A stretch of 64,000 nucleotides of DNA from Tubulanus polymorphus (Eukaryota > Animalia > Nemertea), in the NCBI RefSeq assembly GCF_964204645.1, contig NC_134032.1:5382275-5446274 (forward strand). Direction: 5' to 3'. The notes under the pieces were generated by a model. That model was given only the letters and a program-made list of their open reading frames with translations, had not been told where the DNA came from and searched no databases. Shown piece after piece: positions 52,331 to 64,000 of this stretch. The position numbers were made by a program, and so were the translations under genes. Every line of letters begins with the position of its first letter. Position 1 is the first letter of the stretch.

Positions 52331-52923
52331 AGAAGAAACACGCGAATCTCAATAGGACGTTTCGATCTCACCCTAGAGATCATCGTCAGGTGTGACAATC
52401 TGTAAATAATACATAACATTCTCTGAAAGGTAAATAACGTACTCAGTGCGATAGTACGGCCTGTCGGTGGGTCAAACTCGAGCGAGATGCAGATGGTGAA
52501 CAGCGCACCACACAGCTTAAAATATAATCGTTGAACTGATACAGATAAAAATAGACTGTCGAGGAAAGTCTCAGTCTTATCACCTCACTTCCCACAGGTC
52601 CTTATTTTCACAGTTAATGAGGGTATCGGCTTACATAGTAAGTGCTTATACACACACATATTTTACTACTGTTTGACTGAGTAGAATCAGGGAAGTAATG
52701 AGATTACACTTCCTGGTAGGATCACGAGAACAGACCATCGAAACACATCAACGCAATACTAGCGACAAAATCAAGATATCTTTCATTTTAATCGTTACAA
52801 TGAATAAGACATTGAATCAACAAATTAATGATGACAATTTAATAGTTTTGATTTGATTTATCAAATTCATCTATTATCAAATGATTCATTTATCATTAGA
52901 ATTATATAAACGATTTTATTCTG

Positions 52924-53075
52924 AGTATATAGGAATAGGTTCTTTCAAGCCAAAGGTCGAAAGGTCGAGCCCGTAAAAAATAAAAATAAAATCTCGAATT
53001 TATTTTTATTTTTTACTCACTTGCCCTTTCAACCTTTGACTTGAAAGAACCTATTCCTATAACCTCCCTATTACT
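52924..53075. repeat. Long hairpin related to Polinton TIR-like hairpins
   Basis: TATAGGAATAGGTTCTTTCAAG-CAAAGGT-GAAAGG and its inverse, followed by CCCTATTACT. Confidence 0.7.
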
Positions 53076-54677
53076 CTATCCAATCACAAGTCTTATAATT
53101 TACAAGTCTCAACGCGCTGAGTATTGCGTAATATATGTTGATTCTAGATGGTTCTAGAAAACTACACTAACCAATAACAAACCTCATAATTTACAAGTCT
53201 CAACACGCTGGAGATTCACCATTCTAGATGGTTCTAGAAAACTACACTAGCCAACCACAGTTGAGTATTACACTAGCCAATCACAGTTGAGTATTCCCAT
53301 CCAATTGATATCAATCCTACCGAGTATAACTTAATGTTGGTTAAACAATTTTAAGTTTTATGAATGAAAAACTAACCCGATTCTGTTTATTAATATGATA
53401 TTCAAGTCTTTTGGCTTGACTTACCGTGTGATCGCGTCTTGATAAAAAACAAGTGACCTGTGATGAAATTTGCAGAATCGACGAAGCTTCTTCGGAAAAG
53501 TTTCTAGCTATCGTATCAACTGTGGCCACGAGGACTATGACCCCTAGCAACTTGAGGTGGTGTTCGAATCCGCAATAAATGCAAAACATAAATTTGCTAT
53601 TGAGATGGAAGAACGATCCAACTAATAAAACTAAATACGACGTAATTATTGACGGTTTTACTCGTAGTTATGTTGCTCCGCTCGAATTTTCGCCAAAGTA
53701 AGTGACCATTGTGCCAGTTCGATAAAATATTAGACAAACAGGTAACAAAATAACATTCTAATCCGCGAACGACGAATTCACCAACGTGCTTTAAAACGAT
53801 AAATAATTTCACTATAGCGGTAAAAATGCCCCGTCATTAAATTTTATTCATCAGCATATTCAACTGCCGTGATTTGGTAATTCAGCGAAAGTTCAAAGGC
53901 CACACCAGTTTCACACAGTACCATAATGACGATTCAAAAAAACTTTTTTCATATATCTTTGAAATCATTTTGATCATATTATTTTTCTTAGTTATATTTA
54001 ACTGATTCCATGGATGTATTTTCATAAAAATTCCTTCAGTAATGACGGATTTGAACATAAAATCTGTATTTTCAATATATTCAATTTTTGTTCAATTTCG
54101 ATGAAATTTTGACACAACATTGCTGATAAGGAGCTTAGGTGGTATTGAAATATTCAGTTTTATACAATTTTGAGATAAAAAGTTTTCTGACCCCCGAAGT
54201 ATGCACTAGAGAGCTGCACTTGTTTGGTTTATGGTTTTATGACTCTAGGTAACTGTGTGAAGTTTGTTGCATCGCTTGTGTCCCGGTACTAGTAGAGTAT
54301 TTCCAGGCAGTTCGCGCGAGCTACCGTATGTAGGCCAGCTCTCGGTGACCTTTCTCTCCCTGCAACCAGTAAATTTCACGTCATTGATAAGGATATAGCT
54401 GAGTCGAAAAGGCGATGAAATCACCAATAAGATTTCAACTCTTCTATTTCTTCAAGATTTCCATCTTAATGTAGCAAAAACCGGGAATTCATTCATCTGT
54501 TAAGTTATGGTTCTGTCAGTGCAAAAATAGCCCATTTCGAGTACTGAAAGTACTGAATTAATCATTCCAACTTACATATTTTTCCAGGATCTTTTAGAAT
54601 AGTGTAGGTTGGAGCATTGGAAACATAAATCAACTCGTGAGCTTTAATAGGAAAATCCCGCTGATTTTTTTTCTGAG

Positions 54678-55503
54678 CGAGGGAAGTTTTCGGGATAGAT
54701 TTTTGTAGTGCAAATGATAATCTATCTGAAAACAAATTACATACACAGATAGCCCAAAATCTTCTTATTTGAATAAAGCAAGAATTAAGAGAATCGGATG
54801 AAGACGCGCTCTGCAGCGCACTATACATTGACCCGCGCCGTACTATCACTGAGTAGGTGTATAAATAATGTTTTATCTGAATTTTCATTATTAAAAAGTG
54901 ATTGTATTTCATCTGTAATCATTAAATATTTATCTATTTCATCAAATGTTGTGAATTTTGGAATTATTGCATTGAATAAGATTTTATCTTTTTCATTCGA
55001 TAACTCTATCATTAGATAATAATTTTTAAACTTTAATTCAGTTATATTATTCACTTGAAAACGAAAACGAGCAGTTTTAATCAAATCTTGAATAGGAATA
55101 AAATGTTTAATTGTAAAATATTTTTCTAATTGATGTAAATCAATATCTTTAAAATGTAGAATCTGCTCATTCATTTATTAGTAATTTCTTTATTAAATTT
55201 TTATTTTCTTCAACTCGTTAATTACTCGTTACTTTTTATATTCTTTTAATTCTACCATTTATTTTACATATTCTTTTATTCGAAATCTATATAATTGATT
55301 TTCATATATATGATATTCATTTATATAATATTCATTCATATGAAATTATTAGAGTAATAGGGTAAGTCTTGTTTCAGATTAAAGGTTGAAAGGTTGAGTG
55401 AGCTCGACCTTTCGACCTTTGATCCGAAACAAGACTTACCCTATTACTATTGCGTAAGCAGTAGAGAGAAAATAAAGAAAAGCTTGATCATACCAGATAG
55501 AAG
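54678..55503 (+). repeat. 826-bp direct duplication, copy 1 (copy 2 at 59819-60644)
   Basis: Identical by eye. Identical ORF translations 54821-55174 and 59962-60315. Confidence 0.92.
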
Positions 55504-56779
55504 TGTTAGTAGTTAATATCTACAAAAGGACGTGGCAGCGAAAGGAACCAGTTACATTGAAGATCCAGGAAGAAAGACACTCTAAATATTTGGATGGATA
55601 TATGAAAGCTGTGGGTACTGGAGTTTGTAATGGGTAGTGTAGTGTGATCTGTGTGCATTTGTGGCCAGCACACAGATCACATTGTTCAATGGGGTTTGGT
55701 CCAGGACTCGCGAGATTTTCAACAACACGGAAGTAACGTGTAATAAATGATGACTTGAATTGCATGATTACCTACCACCCCTCATTATTGTTGGAAAACT
55801 AAACGTTCCGCACTGACTAAAAATTGGTATAACATTTTAGAAATGGCCAGAATTTTAACTTAGGTTCTATCTCATTTTTATTTTACAATTGCGATTGGTA
55901 TAATTTTTTTTTAAACGGCCGTTAAGGCTTCATGTTTCGTCTGCAATTCACTGCAAATAGTTACGCAACTACGCACATTTCAGTGTTTTTGGCAGCTGTA
56001 CACTCAATCGGCACCGTTCGTGACTAGCTTCACTGCGGAATTATCATTATTTAACATCGCCATATCACATCATCAACTTATATTGTGCCTTAAAACCCTA
56101 ACAGTCGAAATAATTGAAATGCACACACGATTTCTATCATTGAAAATTGAGAGAGTGGCCATGTTTGTGTTTGCTGCTTCGCGTAAATCCCGCACGGTGG
56201 CGGAACCGCGCGGAGTGGGGCCGATACGTCCAGCGGCACGGCATTTAGTGAGAAGAACGAGGTAACATAACAGTGGTGGTGTTAGTCCCATTACAAGTGG
56301 TGGAAATCGTAGGACCTAGGAGCACAGGTCCCTGGTAAGACTCGTGGAGGTGCGGGGTTTTAGTAATTTGGAATATCTCCCTCTGCGATATATTGTTTTA
56401 TTTTGCCTACATGTAGACGTTTTATTTCACACACCGTTTTTAGAACTTTCTGGGAGCAGACGTGTTTGGGAAGTCTCTTCCCCTTCCATTTTCCCTAGGA
56501 GTTTTTATATCAATCGCTTACTGGTGAATTAAAACTTAAATACTAGGGTACTAAGTATTTGTATTTAACGGTGCAGCCAGTCAATAACATTTCGGGTTTT
56601 TGGAACGTTGCCTCCACTGGTTTACCAGCGGTGCGGTAATTGTATTTCTTATTATATTTCTCTTTCCCCGTTATTCTTTTCTTCTCCCGTTATAGCTTTT
56701 CGATGGTTTGTCGTTCATTTAGTTACGAAACTCTCAGTGTGTGCGACTTGAAACCGGAGCTACTAGTGTTTTCGTTTTG

Positions 56780-58170
56780 TTATTTCGGGCATCCAGTGAA
56801 CCGCTCAGCTACTGTCACAATACCTTGCAAGTGTATTAAATGCTCTTCAAACGTTTGTGAGTATACTATAAGATCATCGAGAAATGCAAGTGCATGTCGT
56901 AGATTTGCATTGCTAAGACACTTTTCTATCAGCCCCTGGAAAGTTGCTGTGCATTCGTGAGTCCTTGCGAATGTATCGGTATGAAGCGAACGGGCACACA
57001 AAACTGGTTTTATCTCGATCTTCCTCTCTAAAAGGCCGATTTGGTAAAACCCACTCTACAAATCCATCGTAGAATATCACTGATAGCCAGAGAGACGGGG
57101 GAATGCTTCCTCTATACGAGGCAACTGATACTAATCTCTAATAGTTAATTTGTTAAGTTTTCGAAGATCTCCCAGTAAGTCGTAACTCGCCGTTCTTTTT
57201 CCTTATCAGAAGATTGCGCTAGCATAAGGGCTGCAAGATTTTCCAATTATTTTAGCGTCAATTAATTGTTGCAGGTGTTGGCGTCAGTCTTCTAAATCAG
57301 AATAGGGTACCGGCCGGCTACTGTCACGAAAGGGTCCGTCAGGTTTTTATTCGATCTTGTGTCCTAATGCATCTGTCAATGCAAAATCAAGGTCGTATTG
57401 AGAGAAAATGTCTTTATTCCTCATCAATAGGGTCTAGCATCTCGCTTTCTGGGCTCCCGTGAGCGAAGTATCGAATTCAAAACCTGAAAACAGAGGTTCA
57501 TCCTCAGATGTCTCACTTTCGTCATTTGCGTGGTCACTGATTGAACAGGTGTCGAGTCCATGCTACGACCATCGCGACCGATCGGCCGTATCCACTGGTA
57601 AAAATAGGTCCGCGATATGCGCGTTTGATTATACGAAGACTGATTTATCAGAATAGTTTGCAACCGGAACCTTCATCCTACATTTACCATGACCAGAGGC
57701 CGTTACTAATTTACTATGAACCTGTACCCCACCAGGAAGACCACAGTCTTCATATACCGTATCTATCAGTGCAGGGTTACTAGATCTGACTGGGAATGAG
57801 CTTGCCATGCAGTCAATTTCTACTACTTTACCAGGCTTAACCTCTAATGGCCGGTTGTTGATAGTAAACAGTTTTCCCACCATTGCATTACATGGGGTAC
57901 GAACCTCGAATCGATGTCAGAAACTGACGGAACATTCTATTTACTTTATGTACTTTACTTTCGATGCTTGAACCCTTAGAAAACCTTTTTTTGTTTATCT
58001 GATGTAACGCAGTACTCTTCTCTTCGGAGAACACCCGTCTTATGGTATTCGTACCAATTAAAATTGGAAGCTGCCGCTCATTGTGTGTCTGGGTACACTA
58101 GGAAAGAAGCGTTTATCTCATTTCCTGGACCGCTCAAACAGTGAATCTGAATCTAAGCTTCTATATACCC
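56780..58170 (-). pseudogene. Highly degraded Gypsy pol fragment (protease to RT)
   Basis: ATFQGLIEKCL...LAFLDDLIVYSQTFEEHL, plus out-of-track fragments resembling DLRKLNKLT..D.YQLPRIEE and LPILIGTN. Many stops. Confidence 0.8.
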
Positions 58171-59961
58171 CAAATAAGGAACCGAAGTACTTAAATAATA
58201 GAAAGTTTGGATACATGTATTTCTCAGTAATTTTTGGTAGTTCTAAATAAGACAACTACAAACCCAAGATCCTGTAATTTGACGAAGAGACGATTAAAAT
58301 ATACACAGATTTATTCATTAAAACGAGGTTCATCATAAGGTGCCATTAATAGTTATGTGATGATATATGAGTATAAACCATATAGATTAAATATATATAA
58401 AACGCGTTTATCTTAATGATTAGTATACTGTCGACTTATTTCATAATACTTAAATGCGAAACTAATATTCTCTGATATCGAGCATATTCTGGCCGTAATT
58501 CTCATTGATAACTTGCCAAAAATGGCGGCCATGTTAACTTTAATTAAAATAGAACATAACTGCTCAAGAACATCAAATCTATTTAAACACATACTATTAC
58601 TCTAGTATAATTGATTAATATAAGTATTATTACCAAATAAAGTACATCTTAGGCCTAGTCAATATTTCCATAATATATGACTTAATAAAATATTATAAAA
58701 TTTATTACACATACCTGTAATTTGACGAAGAGCAGACGATTAAAATATACACAGATTTATTCATTAAAGCGAGGTTCATCATAAAGTGACCTCAGCTGCC
58801 CTTCGTCCTCTATTTATACCTCAAAAATACCATAAAAATACCAGCTGATTGGTCTGTTCCGTGACTTTGCGACCCGCCCTCTTAGATGGCCGGTCAGTCG
58901 CCCACGGTAACCAAGGTTTGTATCACCCTTGTTGGTGGCAGGCAATGCCAAACCTGCTAATTATTGGTACGAACTTGTTACATGTAATTACCCATTGTTA
59001 TAAATCATAAATAATTACTCAGAACGACAGATTGTTGATCTCACGAAATGACAAATTCGCTTGTTTGCGATACCCTTGACTGGTCATACCTGCCAGGATG
59101 GTAACAGCTTGCATGAAAATGTTAATACTCAAATAGATTCTGACAATATTTTAGTTAATAAAAAAACACTGAAAATATTGTTTTATAAAACTTATAATAC
59201 TTGAATATAAATACAAAAATTCAGAATCGCAAGATTATGTCGATTATTTTGATACCCATTTCTCAATATCTATTTTAGAGCTTAGCTGTCAAATTAGTAT
59301 TGCTAAAGTACCACCAGCGGTTTCTAACTTCAACACCGTTTCTAATTTTCTAATGGGGTGGCTCGCACGCAAATGACGATTATAAAATGTTTCACTAATC
59401 AACTCACTTGCGACCCGGTATCTATAAGACAACCTGTGTAAACTTCCTCTAAAATACAAAATAAGTCACAAACTTCCCCCAATAGCTGGGACGCAGTACC
59501 CCTGCGATGATCTAGGGCTTTGTTGGAACAGGCCTGTAGTCGCCCAAGTGTACAGACACTCGTTAGTTTCCCGAGTTCTTATTTTCCTAGTTCATAGAAT
59601 TAGGGCGGTTAAAACGAGTGTGCATTGTATTTCCCTGATTCTATTTGTGATTGTATTTCCCTCTGAGAAGCTGGGTCTGGCGTAACAGACTTTATACTAT
59701 CCACTATATAAGGCGTCAGTTTGTCTTTTGAAGGTTTTAGTCTGCGCCTTGAAGGCCGCGACTAAATGAGATGGGCATTCGTCATTTGTAGTACTAGTGA
59801 CATTCCTAATCACTCATTCGAGGGAAGTTTTCGGGATAGATTTTTGTAGTGCAAATGATAATCTATCTGAAAACAAATTACATACACAGATAGCCCAAAA
59901 TCTTCTTATTTGAATAAAGCAAGAATTAAGAGAATCGGATGAAGACGCGCTCTGCAGCGCA

Positions 59962-60315
59962 CTATACATTGACCCGCGCCGTACTATCACTGAGTAGGTG
60001 TATAAATAATGTTTTATCTGAATTTTCATTATTAAAAAGTGATTGTATTTCATCTGTAATCATTAAATATTTATCTATTTCATCAAATGTTGTGAATTTT
60101 GGAATTATTGCATTGAATAAGATTTTATCTTTTTCATTCGATAACTCTATCATTAGATAATAATTTTTAAACTTTAATTCAGTTATATTATTCACTTGAA
60201 AACGAAAACGAGCAGTTTTAATCAAATCTTGAATAGGAATAAAATGTTTAATTGTAAAATATTTTTCTAATTGATGTAAATCAATATCTTTAAAATGTAG
60301 AATCTGCTCATTCAT
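59962..60315 (-). CDS. Polinton-like hypothetical protein, 3' end probably truncated (duplicate at 54821-55174)
   Basis: TAAATG start and AT-rich codon usage. It runs into unrelated, GC-richer sequence. Confidence 0.5.
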   Translation of the reverse strand: MNEQILHFKDIDLHQLEKYFTIKHFIPIQDLIKTARFRFQVNNITELKFKNYYLMIELSNEKDKILFNAIIPKFTTFDEIDKYLMITDEIQSLFNNENSDKTLFIHLLSDSTARVNV

Positions 60316-60576
60316 TTATTAGTAATTTCTTTATTAAATTTTTATTTTCTTCAACTCGTTAATTACTCGTTACTTTTTATATTCTTTTAATTCTACCATT
60401 TATTTTACATATTCTTTTATTCGAAATCTATATAATTGATTTTCATATATATGATATTCATTTATATAATATTCATTCATATGAAATTATTAGAGTAATA
60501 GGGTAAGTCTTGTTTCAGATTAAAGGTTGAAAGGTTGAGTGAGCTCGACCTTTCGACCTTTGATCCGAAACAAGAC

Positions 60577-60840
60577 TTACCCTATTACTATTGCGTAAGC
60601 AGTAGAGAGAAAATAAAGAAAAGCTTGATCATACCAGATAGAAGAATTAGATGGATTATTATTTGAATCAATACCACCGTGTGGGTGCTGTACGGCACCA
60701 TCAGATAAAGTCTGTGATTCATTTATATCAGTTAATTTCTTTTTCTTAGCTTTTTTTAATTCTGATGATCTTTTACCTAATTCTCTTGCCCATTTAATTT
60801 GTTTCTCGGATCTAGCCTTTTTCTTAACTCCATCACTCAT
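60577..60840 (-). CDS. Small basic TM protein, homolog of 24247-24504
   Basis: RSEKQIKWARELG vs [13 protein letters not shown]. Confidence 0.75.
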   Translation of the reverse strand: MSDGVKKKARSEKQIKWARELGKRSSELKKAKKKKLTDINESQTLSDGAVQHPHGGIDSNNNPSNSSIWYDQAFLYFLSTAYAIVIG

Positions 60841-61435
60841 TTATTTTAGTTAATTTTTGTTCTGATTCATTTTCTGTTTCGACGTTTGGTTGTAGTACAT
60901 CTGTTTCGTTCTTACCTGATTTATATTCCATAGGTTTGATATTCGAAAATGTTATAACTCCAGTAGAAATCAATGTCATAACCGATCCTAATTGAAATGA
61001 AGCATATCCAACCCATTTTTGTAATTCAGTCATAACTAAATAGTCATTTTTCAAATCATTATATAATTTATTTTCATCATCAATTGGTATTAACTGGTTA
61101 CATAATTTTGAATAACATTTGACAATACCATCTGAAATAGAATCATTTATTCTAGCTAATCTTGACTCTTCATAAATCTTAAAATATTTTATTACTTTTT
61201 CTTTATTCATATTATCTAATCCTTGAAAAGTTATTGTTTTACCAATAAACTCTTTAGTTTTTCCACTCGCAATCAATAGTTCTAGATGATGCTTACAATA
61301 TAAATAGTATTCATAATCTATATTGTTATTAACTTGAATAGAATTAGAAACAACTGTATCTTTATTATCACTAATACCCAAATCATCTAATGTTTTTTCA
61401 ATATCAATACTATTCTTATTAGATTTCTTTGACAT
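60833..61435 (-). CDS. Polinton hypothetical protein (200 aa)
   Basis: Intact [30 protein letters not shown] matches the orphan fragment at ~24140-24222 ([27 protein letters not shown]). Confidence 0.75.
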   Translation of the reverse strand: MSKKSNKNSIDIEKTLDDLGISDNKDTVVSNSIQVNNNIDYEYYLYCKHHLELLIASGKTKEFIGKTITFQGLDNMNKEKVIKYFKIYEESRLARINDSISDGIVKCYSKLCNQLIPIDDENKLYNDLKNDYLVMTELQKWVGYASFQLGSVMTLISTGVITFSNIKPMEYKSGKNETDVLQPNVETENESEQKLTKINE

Positions 61436-61684
61436 TTATATTAGAGAAATTTAATAAGAATAGTATTATAAGTATTCTTCAAATGATACTAGATAGTTAA
61501 AGCTAAAGAATTCTAGTATTGACTACTGATACTAGCTATTTGAATTTAAAGAATTTCTATTCGGATCTATTCAAAATATAAAGTATTCTCTTTTTGAAAA
61601 GAAAATATTAAAAATATAATAGAATTCGCTAGCTAGTTGAAGTTATTGTTTTTTAAATACTTTTTATTTAAAATCTATTATTCT

Positions 61685-62347
61685 TTAACCACTCATTAAA
61701 GACTCAACGTATTGTTCATTATGTGTTGAATTCCAAAATTCAATAAATTTTTTTACTTTTTCCAGTTGATTCAAATATAACTGTAAATCTATTTTATTAG
61801 ATTTGATTTGATTTTCTTTCTTTTCTGAAGGTCTTAAATTTTTCCAACCCCAAATAAGTTTTTTATTGTATTCATCGTTCATGTTAAATTTAGATATTGG
61901 TAATACGTGATCAATATGGTAATAATCCCCATAATTATCTATATTCATTTTATCATCGAATTGAAATATAATCCATGATTTGAGAAATTCATCTGAACAA
62001 CCCAATAAATTAGATAATGTTTCTGAATGTGTTTCTTTGTTGAATAATTGTGTTAATCTAGACCGTAAACATTGTTTCAATCTAAAATTAAGATCTGTTT
62101 GATATCTTTCTCTCATATATTCTGTCATATAATCATTATAAGATTCTCTATTATCTTCTCGATATTGTTTGGTATATAGTTTAATGCAAGTTTTACAGTA
62201 ATATTGAAAACCATCTTTGCTAGTCTTACGCTTACTAAATTCTGTTAATGATTTATCTAATTCACATTTAGAACATTTCTTGTAATATATGTTTATAACG
62301 CCAGTGTTATTTGTAATATTGATAGTTTGTGGTTGTTCTGGTTCCAT
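61685..62347 (-). CDS. Zinc-finger plus HNH endonuclease of the DNA-virus type
   Basis: CSKC...F...DG...YCKTC finger, basic helix, HIDHVLPIS...WKNLRP...EN..KSNK. Confidence 0.85.
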   Translation of the reverse strand: MEPEQPQTINITNNTGVINIYYKKCSKCELDKSLTEFSKRKTSKDGFQYYCKTCIKLYTKQYREDNRESYNDYMTEYMRERYQTDLNFRLKQCLRSRLTQLFNKETHSETLSNLLGCSDEFLKSWIIFQFDDKMNIDNYGDYYHIDHVLPISKFNMNDEYNKKLIWGWKNLRPSEKKENQIKSNKIDLQLYLNQLEKVKKFIEFWNSTHNEQYVESLMSG

Positions 62348-62482
62348 TTATTATACATATTTTTTTACTAAATTGGTTAATAATTTTAGAATCCTCTTCC
62401 ATTTCTTCGACCAACGTCATCCTTTTTCATTCCTCGCTGCTTTTGATAAGTTTTTTCGATTCCTTGATATCTAAATAATACA

Positions 62483-62800
62483 AGCGGCCGGCCATTTATG
62501 GCCGGTTTTGCTTAATGCGCATGCGTTAATCATAATTATAAATTCATTCTATAAATTCTGTAAAATAGAAACAACACATGCGTTACATGCGTCACATGCG
62601 GCCATTTGTGGCCGGTTTTGATCAATACGCATGCGCTAATCATAATTATATATTCATTATGCAAATTCTGTAAAATAGAAACAACTGAACATAGAAAATT
62701 CAAACGCATTCACGTCCCTCGTCACATGCGTTACATGTGTCACATGCGGCCATTTATGGCCGGTTTTGCTTAATGCGCATGCGTTAAACATAATAGAAAC
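62483..62800. repeat. Three GC-rich palindromic repeat units in Polinton 2
   Basis: GCGGCCATTTRTGGCCGGTTTTG...AATRCGCATGCGYTAA at ~62485, ~62598 and ~62746. Confidence 0.8.
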
Positions 62801-63512
62801 GACTGAACATAAAAATTCACAAATCAGATTTACACAATACATTATACAAGTTGTTCAGTCATTTCTTCTAATACATCATTTGATTTCTATAAATACAATT
62901 TATAATTACAAACATTTTTTCAATTGCTGGTAAATATTTAACTACATTAACAAATGTTAAACTTAATCATTGGAGTCTTAATGTTTTTGAAATTCTTATA
63001 TTTCTTCTTCGATCTTTTGGTGATTCTATTGGTTCGATATCCATTGCTGTTGATTCCTCAGTCAGAAAGAGTATCTTGAGTTTCTCTATCGCTTCTTGAT
63101 GCGTATGGCGTTTTATTAATCTAAAAGATATTAGCGGTAACTCTAGCTATCTAAAAGATATACTAAATACGCTTAAATATATCTAAAGGTTTCATATTTA
63201 ATAACCCTAATAACTACAACAAACGGTACTTACATTTAGATTTATAATTGTAAACTATAAACTCCTAATTTCGTTTCGAAAGATAGAATATCCTGAGCAC
63301 AATATTACAGCGTATGTCCATTTCCGGGGTGATTTCTAGAATGAACACGTCGTTGATTATGCCACGTCATCTAGTTCCGGCGCGCCTTTCTAGAATATTC
63401 TACACGTTTCTGATTATGACGTGTCATAATGTCTCGTCGTTATAGTAACAACTGAAACAGCTGTGAATTTATAGATTTATTCTATAGCTCTGTATATTGA
63501 ATGTATATAGGC

Positions 63513-63737
63513 TCAAATAGAATCATGTTCTAGTATAAACATCGTATCCTCAACGTATTGTTCATTATTTGGATCAGTGTTCCATAATTCAATAAATTTC
63601 TTTCCTTTTGTTAACTGTTCTGAATACTCTAGTTTCAATTTATTCTCTAAATGTGTTCTAGTTTTATTGTGTCTTGCTTTTTGGGATTTATCTATATCGA
63701 TATTACATGTTGGGCAGTAGTACTTATTTGCTTCCAT
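63513..63737 (-). CDS. Small C2H2 zinc-finger protein (Polinton-type)
   Basis: YYCPTCNIDIDKSQKARHNKTRTH resembles [24 protein letters not shown] at 12021. Its C-terminus resembles the end of the HNH ORF. Confidence 0.6.
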   Translation of the reverse strand: MEANKYYCPTCNIDIDKSQKARHNKTRTHLENKLKLEYSEQLTKGKKFIELWNTDPNNEQYVEDTMFILEHDSI

Positions 63738-64000
63738 TTTAATACTGAATTTTTTATTAAAATTGATTTTAGAAGTTCAATGATTTATATTTTATTCATA
63801 TATATATGAATATTTTAAGAGTAATAGGGGTAATAGGCTTTCATATCAAAGGTTTAATGATCGAGTTCATTAATAACATATATTAAAAGTAATTAAAAAA
63901 CTATAATATATTTTCATAACCGCGTGCATTTCAGTTGAATAATAGAATAATTATTATCATTTGAATATATTTGATTATTTGAATTTGTGTATTGTAATTA

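Larger units (their letters stand above)
59995..63870 (-). mobile_element. Fragmentary second Polinton-like element (accessory-gene end)
   Basis: AT-rich, intronless, TAAATG/AAAATG-started ORFs. Two genes are homologous and syntenic with 24140-24504 of Polinton 1. TIR-like AGTAATAGG sequences at 60494 and 63820. Confidence 0.75.

Noticed and set aside
54678-60644. 826-bp repeats as LTRs of the enclosed Gypsy fragment
   Set aside because: No TG...CA termini, PBS, PPT or TSD found at their edges, and their identity is inconsistent with the heavily decayed pol.

Overview
Repeat-rich eukaryotic genomic DNA, most likely from an invertebrate animal (inferred from spliceosomal introns, a metazoan-type TFIIE-beta gene and Helentron-associated repeats). 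The only host gene I can support is GTF2E2 (TFIIE beta): five coding exons at 614-699, 27468-27575, 27664-27849, 31181-31393 and 31675-31797. Its 26.8-kb intron holds an intron-containing hAT transposon (2515-7716), several non-autonomous repeats and a decayed 14.1-kb Polinton/Maverick (adintovirus-like) provirus (11936-26041; 64-bp TIRs, 6-bp TSD CCAATC). That provirus encodes pPolB, a penton-like protein, a major-capsid remnant, a chromo-integrase and a packaging ATPase. The most notable observation is a LAGLIDADG-bearing intein inserted at the catalytic motif C (YFD|TDS-type site) of the Polinton polymerase; its C-terminal splice junction is deleted in this copy. Nearly every Polinton gene starts at a (T-run)-TAAATG motif. 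Downstream is a 16.2-kb TIR element with a 9-bp TSD (35322-51528, Mutator-like, no transposase seen) that carries a nested Mag-type Gypsy element, an RTEX-like LINE and MITEs. After it come a 7-copy array of Helentron 3' hairpins, a degraded Gypsy, and fragments of a second, divergent Polinton with an HNH gene and TIR-like hairpins. All family assignments come from motif recognition by eye; no database search was run.
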